DNA of 64,000 nt. It comes from Pseudomonadota bacterium. GTDB taxonomy: Bacteria > Pseudomonadota > Alphaproteobacteria > Acetobacterales > Acetobacteraceae. Shown one piece after another: positions 59,144 through 64,000 of the stretch (within the stretch, counting starts at the first letter, position 1; every line of letters begins with the position of its first letter). Below the pieces are notes generated by a model that was not told where the DNA came from, did no database searches, and saw only the letters and a program-made list of their open reading frames with translations. The DNA is taken from positions 1,125 to 65,124 of the forward strand of contig JAJZFA010000059.1 in assembly GCA_021805565.1 (NCBI GenBank), written 5' to 3'. Both the position numbers and the translations under genes were made by a program.

Positions 59144-60232
59144 TTATCCCTGATTTTCCACCGAAGCGGCCGCTCGGGTAAACCGGATCGTAACGCGCAT
59201 GCCTTTGCCTGGACTGGACTCTACGTTCAGGCTTGCCTTGGCGTTTTCCCGCAGCGATTGAACGATCAGTGCGCTGAGTTTGCCTGGCCTGGGCCAGACC
59301 GCGCCATCGGGTAGGCCGGCGCCGTCGTCCGCGATGACAATGCGGCACCCATTGCCGTCGGACACGCTGTGCACCGTGATCGTGCCGCCATCGCGCCCCG
59401 TGAAAGCGTGTTTCAGCGCGTTGATCAGCAATTCGTTGACGACCAGCCCTGTCGGCATCGCCACATTGACCGACACGGGGTATGCATCGACCTTGAGGTC
59501 CAGCCTGATGCCCTCGACGGCGTGAGATCGCAGGACGCCGGTGGCGATCTCGGTCAGATACACGCCAAGATCGACCTCATCTTGCTTCCCATGGTCCGAA
59601 AGTTGCTTGTAAACGAATCCAATGGCTTCGATCCGCCCGGCCAGGCGGTCGAACGGTGCTGTGTCGATCCGTCCGCGCGCGTTGCGCGCCTCGATGCGAA
59701 TCAGGGCGGTGATCATTTGCAGGTTGTTTTTGACGCGGTGCTGGATCTCCAGCAGCAACGTGTCCTTCTCGCGGATTTGCTTCTCGAAGTCCGCCCGCTG
59801 GGACTGCTCGTGCGTGCTGACATCGACCAGCGCGGCCAGCCGGAAACACGGCACGTCGTGCTCGTTTTCGATAACGTTCGAATATACATCGACGATCGTG
59901 GGTTCCGCGGCGCCGCGATCGAGGCGGAAGGTGCCGGCGAAATCGCTGCCCCCGGCGATCGTGGCGCCGATCGTGCGTTCCCCGTCCATGTCTTCGCCGC
60001 GCAAAGCGTCCCAGGCGCGGCCCACGATGTCCGCCGCCATTTGGCCGGACAGCCGTTCGAACTCCGGGTTGGCATACACAATCCGCTCCCCGGCCTTCAT
60101 CTCCGAGACCACGATGGCGATGGGCATTTGATCGAGAAAGTGCCTGAATTGCTCGCTCTCCAGCGCATCGGCCAGATCCGGCGAGGCCATCAGCGTGCAG
60201 AGCTGCTCATTTTTCTTCGCGTCGTCGGACAT
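59144..60232 (-). CDS. PAS sensor histidine kinase, HisKA_2 type
   Basis: PAS segment (IVYANPEFERLSG), H-box EIQHRVKNNLQMITALIRIE and ATPase NELLINALKHAF...DDGAGLP. Confidence 0.85.
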   Translation of the reverse strand: MSDDAKKNEQLCTLMASPDLADALESEQFRHFLDQMPIAIVVSEMKAGERIVYANPEFERLSGQMAADIVGRAWDALRGEDMDGERTIGATIAGGSDFAGTFRLDRGAAEPTIVDVYSNVIENEHDVPCFRLAALVDVSTHEQSQRADFEKQIREKDTLLLEIQHRVKNNLQMITALIRIEARNARGRIDTAPFDRLAGRIEAIGFVYKQLSDHGKQDEVDLGVYLTEIATGVLRSHAVEGIRLDLKVDAYPVSVNVAMPTGLVVNELLINALKHAFTGRDGGTITVHSVSDGNGCRIVIADDGAGLPDGAVWPRPGKLSALIVQSLRENAKASLNVESSPGKGMRVTIRFTRAAASVENQG

Positions 60233-60268
60233 GTCGGGTACTTTCGATGAAGGGGGCCGGCCCGCGGA

Positions 60269-61438
60269 TCAGTCGTCAACCCGGTGGATGTCATGGACGC
60301 TGAGGCCGGCGTCGCTTTCCGATACTTCCAGCCAGTCGCGGTGCCGAAGTGTGCGCTGCGTGTCCAGATAGCCGCTGTTCCAGTGTTCGTGCATCGAAGC
60401 GGTGCTGAATTCGTAGTCCTTGGCCTGAGTTTCATAGGCGGCCTGCTGGTAGATCAATTCCAGGATGGTTGCTTCCGGCATACGCGCCAAGCTGGCCTTG
60501 AGCGCACGCTCGTCTGCATCGAGCCTGTCGTCGGGGATTTTCGCCAGCAACTTCTTCGTCAGAAGATCGCGATCGTGACGTTCTCGGAAGTAATCGGTAA
60601 CCAGCCGGGTCCGGCTGGAATACTGGATATCCTTCTGGCGCGCCAGCACGTCGTCCATATCGCGCGGCAGCGGACCGCGGGCGCTGAACAGATCGACCTG
60701 AAAGACCAGCATGTGGTGGCTCCCCGCGTTGTCCAGCACGTGCTGTAGCGGGGTGTTGGAGACAAGGCCGCCGTCCCAATAATGGTCCGTACCGATTTCG
60801 ACCGACGGAAACGCCGGGGGCAAAGCGCCGCTGGCCATCACATGTTCGGGCAATATTTCGATTTGCGTGCTGTCGAAATAAGCGAAATTGCCGTCCAGAA
60901 CGTTGACCGCGCCAGCGGCGAAGCGCACGGCGCCGCTGTTCAGCAGATCGAAGTCCACTAGCCGGAGCAGCGTGTCCCGCAGCGGTTCGGTGTCGTAGAA
61001 CGCGGTCGCGGTCCTGGCTCCGCGCGGACTGAGCCAGGGGCTGACCGCGTTCGGCTTAAAGAATCCCGGCTGTCCCAGCGTCGTGGTGAGGAAGGCAGAC
61101 CAGGTATTGACGGCGCGATGAAAAGCGTCGCCGCCGGGGATACCCAGGCTTACGGGCCGCGATGTAATGCCTTCCCAGAACGCGCGCAGCCGTTCGACGC
61201 GGCGTTCCGGCGGATTGCCGGCGATAATCGCTGCGTTGATGCCGCCGATGGACACGCCGGCAATGGTGTCGGGCCGTAATCCTGCTTCATGCAGAGCCTG
61301 GAATATCCCGGCCTGATAGGCACCCAATGCGCCGCCGCCTTGAAGTACAAGGGCGATGTTATCGCACCCGCGCGGACGCCAGGGAGGTTTGGCCCGTCGA
61401 ATGGGGGGAAGCGGGCGCGGGATGGTGAACGGAACCAT
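60269..61438 (-). CDS. Patatin-like phospholipase
   Basis: Oxyanion GGGALGAYQAG, nucleophile GVSIGG and the catalytic Asp region DGGLVSNTP. A C-terminal extension is present. Confidence 0.88.
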   Translation of the reverse strand: MVPFTIPRPLPPIRRAKPPWRPRGCDNIALVLQGGGALGAYQAGIFQALHEAGLRPDTIAGVSIGGINAAIIAGNPPERRVERLRAFWEGITSRPVSLGIPGGDAFHRAVNTWSAFLTTTLGQPGFFKPNAVSPWLSPRGARTATAFYDTEPLRDTLLRLVDFDLLNSGAVRFAAGAVNVLDGNFAYFDSTQIEILPEHVMASGALPPAFPSVEIGTDHYWDGGLVSNTPLQHVLDNAGSHHMLVFQVDLFSARGPLPRDMDDVLARQKDIQYSSRTRLVTDYFRERHDRDLLTKKLLAKIPDDRLDADERALKASLARMPEATILELIYQQAAYETQAKDYEFSTASMHEHWNSGYLDTQRTLRHRDWLEVSESDAGLSVHDIHRVDD

Positions 61439-61533
61439 ACTGCCAGATAAGAGGTCCTATCCCGCCCGGCAATGCTGGATCATGATGCGGTGCGGCATAC
61501 GCTGCGGATTTTATCGCGTGGAAGGAAGAAGCC

Positions 61534-62319
61534 ATGAGTCTGAAGGGAAAAGTCGCTCTGGTTACCGGTTCGACCAGCGGCATCGGGTTGGGCATCGCCC
61601 GGGCGCTGGCCGGGGCCGGAGCGGACATCATGCTGAACGGTTTCGGCGATACGGCACAAATCGAGGCGTTACGATCCGGCATCGCCGCGTCGTTTGGCGT
61701 GAAGGTTGGATACAGCGGCGCCGATATCGGCAAGCCGGACCAGATCGCCGCGATGGTGGCGGACGCGGCGAAGACGCTGGGAGCGGTCGATATCCTGGTG
61801 AACAACGCCGGCATCCAGTTTACCGCCAATGTCGAGGATTTTCCGGAAGAGCGTTGGGACCAGATTATCGCCATCAACCTGTCGGGCGTGTTCTTCGGCA
61901 TGAAGGCGGCGATTCCGGGCATGAAGGCAAAGGGCTGGGGGCGGATTATCAACATCGCGTCGGCGCACGGACTGGTCGCCAGCGCGCAAAAGGTTGCGTA
62001 TGTCGCCGCCAAGCACGGGGTGCTGGGTATGACGAAGGTGGCGGCGATCGAACTGGCGAACGCCGGTGTCACGGTCAATGCGATCTGTCCGGGTTGGGTG
62101 CTGACGCCGTTGGTGGAAAAGCAGTTGCGCGACCGAGCGGAAAAGGATGGCAAGACGGTGGAGCAGGAGACCCACGATCTGGTGGCGGAGAAGCAGCCAA
62201 TGGTGAAATTCACCACGCCAGAGCAGATTGGTGGCTTGGCGGTGTTCCTGTGTTCGGAAGCGGCGAGCACGATGACCGGGATTCCGGTGTCGATCGATGG
62301 CGGATGGGTGGCACAATAA
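61534..62319 (+). CDS. bdhA: 3-hydroxybutyrate dehydrogenase (SDR)
   Basis: 261 aa. TGSTSGIGLGIA, NNAG and YVAAKHG catalytic motifs, with overall BdhA-like sequence. Confidence 0.9.
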   Translation: MSLKGKVALVTGSTSGIGLGIARALAGAGADIMLNGFGDTAQIEALRSGIAASFGVKVGYSGADIGKPDQIAAMVADAAKTLGAVDILVNNAGIQFTANVEDFPEERWDQIIAINLSGVFFGMKAAIPGMKAKGWGRIINIASAHGLVASAQKVAYVAAKHGVLGMTKVAAIELANAGVTVNAICPGWVLTPLVEKQLRDRAEKDGKTVEQETHDLVAEKQPMVKFTTPEQIGGLAVFLCSEAASTMTGIPVSIDGGWVAQ

Positions 62320-62366
62320 CAGGCGGATCGTGTAGGACTCTGTTGTTCCAACCCGGCGGAGTTCGC

Positions 62367-62966
62367 ATGCAGAGTTCTGAAACGGCCCGCTTCGCGGCGA
62401 TGATGACGAAGTCGGCCGATCTGAAGCGGCGGATCGCCACCGAACTGGCCGATACCGTTATTCAGGTGGTCGATGCCTGTGAGACCAGCCTGCGTGGCGG
62501 CGGGAAGGTCATGTTTTGCGGGAATGGCGGATCGGCGGCGGACAGCCAGCATTTGGCGACGGAAATGCTGATCCGTCTGCGCGGTAGCCATGAGCGGCCG
62601 TCTTACGCCGCGCTGGCGCTGACGCTGGATCCGGCGATGTTGACCGCGTGCGGCAACGATTATGGGTACGATCGTGTGTTCGAACGGCCGTTGCGCGGGT
62701 TAGGCCGGCGCGGCGATGTGCTGTTCGGTATTACCACATCGGGCCGCTCCGCCAACGTGATCAAGGCGCTGGAGGCAGCGCGGGAAATGGGGATCGTGAC
62801 CGTCGGGATGCTTGGCGGCAGCGGCGAACCGGCGCGGGGCCTGTGCGATGTCGCTTTAGCGGTGCCGGACACGGATACCGCCCGCATCCAGGAGTGCCAT
62901 ATTTGCCTGGGCCATGCGGTCATGGAGTTGCTGGAAGACCGGCTTGTTGCGCGGCCGTTGTCGTGA
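62367..62966 (+). CDS. gmhA: SIS-domain D-sedoheptulose-7-phosphate isomerase
   Basis: 200 aa from the internal ATG. CGNGGSAADSQHLATE and ITTSGRSANV motifs. The upstream part of the 536-aa track ORF is read-through. Confidence 0.85.
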   Translation: MQSSETARFAAMMTKSADLKRRIATELADTVIQVVDACETSLRGGGKVMFCGNGGSAADSQHLATEMLIRLRGSHERPSYAALALTLDPAMLTACGNDYGYDRVFERPLRGLGRRGDVLFGITTSGRSANVIKALEAAREMGIVTVGMLGGSGEPARGLCDVALAVPDTDTARIQECHICLGHAVMELLEDRLVARPLS

Positions 62967-63946
62967 AGATTCTGGTCACGGGCTGCGCGGGGTTTATCGG
63001 GTATCACGTTTCCGAAGCGCTGCTGGCGCGCGGCGACACCGTGACTGGTCTCGACAATCTGAACGATTATTATGATGTACGATTGAAGCATGCGCGCCTG
63101 GACCGGTTGCGCGCGCATGCCGGGTTTGCGTTCCATCGCCTGGATGTTTCGGATAAGGACGCGATGGCCGGACTGGTCGCGAACCACGCCGATATAGCCG
63201 GTATCGTGCATCTGGCGGCGCAGGCCGGCGTCAGACATTCGTTGGTCGATCCATACGCCTATATCCAGTCTAACGTGATGGGCCATCTGGTCGTGCTGGA
63301 AGCCGCTCGGCGTCTGCCGGCGCTGCGGCACCTGGTCTATGCCAGTTCGTCTTCGGTTTATGGGGCCAATACCGATATGCCGTTCCGGGAGACGGATCGC
63401 GTGGACTGCCCGGTGTCGCTGTATGCCGCGACCAAACGGGCGGATGAGTTAATGAGCCACGCGTACGCTCACCTGTTCAGTCTGCCGCAGACAGGGCTTC
63501 GCTTCTTCACGGTTTACGGGCCGTGGGGCCGTCCGGATATGGCATATTTCGGTTTTGCCCAGGCAATTGCGAATGGGGAACCGATCACGCTGTACGACGA
63601 GGGGCGGCTGAGGCGGGATTTCACCTATATCGACGATATCGTCGCCGGCGTGGCTGGTTGCCTGGATCATCCGCCGGCGGATGCGCATTCGCCGCGGCTG
63701 CTGAACATCGGCAATCATCGGGCCGAGGAGGTGCGGGAACTGGTGCGTCTGCTGGAGGCGGCACTCGGGCGGAAGGCGATTATCCGATCGGCGCCACGGC
63801 CGATGGTCGATGTGGAGGCGACCTATGCGTCCGTGGATGCGATCGGGGCATTGACTGGATTTGCGCCGTTAACCCCGCTTTCCGTTGGAATTCCGCGCTT
63901 CGCGGCGTGGTTCGAGGGATGGCATTCTGGGAAAATGACGATTTGA
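62963..63946 (+). CDS. NAD-dependent sugar-nucleotide epimerase (UDP-glucuronate 4-epimerase-like)
   Basis: The GTG start overlaps the gmhA stop (GTGA). VKILVTGCAGFIGYH Rossmann motif, SSSSVYG and YAATK catalytic motifs. Confidence 0.88.
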   Translation: MKILVTGCAGFIGYHVSEALLARGDTVTGLDNLNDYYDVRLKHARLDRLRAHAGFAFHRLDVSDKDAMAGLVANHADIAGIVHLAAQAGVRHSLVDPYAYIQSNVMGHLVVLEAARRLPALRHLVYASSSSVYGANTDMPFRETDRVDCPVSLYAATKRADELMSHAYAHLFSLPQTGLRFFTVYGPWGRPDMAYFGFAQAIANGEPITLYDEGRLRRDFTYIDDIVAGVAGCLDHPPADAHSPRLLNIGNHRAEEVRELVRLLEAALGRKAIIRSAPRPMVDVEATYASVDAIGALTGFAPLTPLSVGIPRFAAWFEGWHSGKMTI

Positions 63947-64000
63947 CGAAAAACCTGCTTGACGGTGCGGCGGACGGGGCCTACACCCCCGCTCACCGAG

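Noticed and set aside
60269-61438. The patatin-like phospholipase was considered as a CBASS-type or other defence effector.
   Set aside because: There is no cyclase, CD-NTase, SAVED or other sensor gene adjacent. The neighbours are a sensor kinase and bdhA, so it looks like a stand-alone housekeeping or lipid-metabolism patatin.

Overview
High-GC (about 63-67 % on hand-counted lines) alphaproteobacterial chromosome segment. Gene content and order (miaA-ilvIH...ilvC, serB, degP-hflKC, apbC, htpG, hisZ-purA, rpoH, rluD, trpBA, uup) suggest a Rhodospirillales/Acetobacteraceae-like organism, but the taxon is inference only. I call about 58 protein genes and one tRNA-Glu(CUC). I recognised no rRNA, CRISPR array, transposase or integrase. 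Most of the window is core housekeeping. The parts worth a second look are listed here. (1) A tightly coupled ABC-type AAA ATPase plus small TOPRIM-like (DUF4276-like) gene pair with lower GC sits between ilvH and ilvC; this is my best candidate for an uncharacterised defence-type system. (2) A KaiA-less kaiC-kaiB-kaiB-PAS/HWE histidine kinase-response regulator operon has a C-terminally extended KaiC. (3) A Hanks-type pseudokinase lacking all three catalytic residues, with a C-terminal membrane anchor, is translationally coupled to a small polytopic membrane protein between purA and rpoH. (4) Envelope/exopolysaccharide modules: two unknown secreted proteins, an MBOAT plus coupled partner, a PEP-CTERM protein, and a GT4 plus CelD-like acyltransferase. 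(5) Two tiny exported Gly/Tyr/Pro/Trp low-complexity proteins have mirror-image composition. (6) An isolated motB-motA stator pair lies in reversed order behind a sigma-28-like promoter. Many long ORFs in the six-frame track are antisense or read-through artefacts of high GC and were rejected. All family assignments come from reading motifs by eye and no database search was run.
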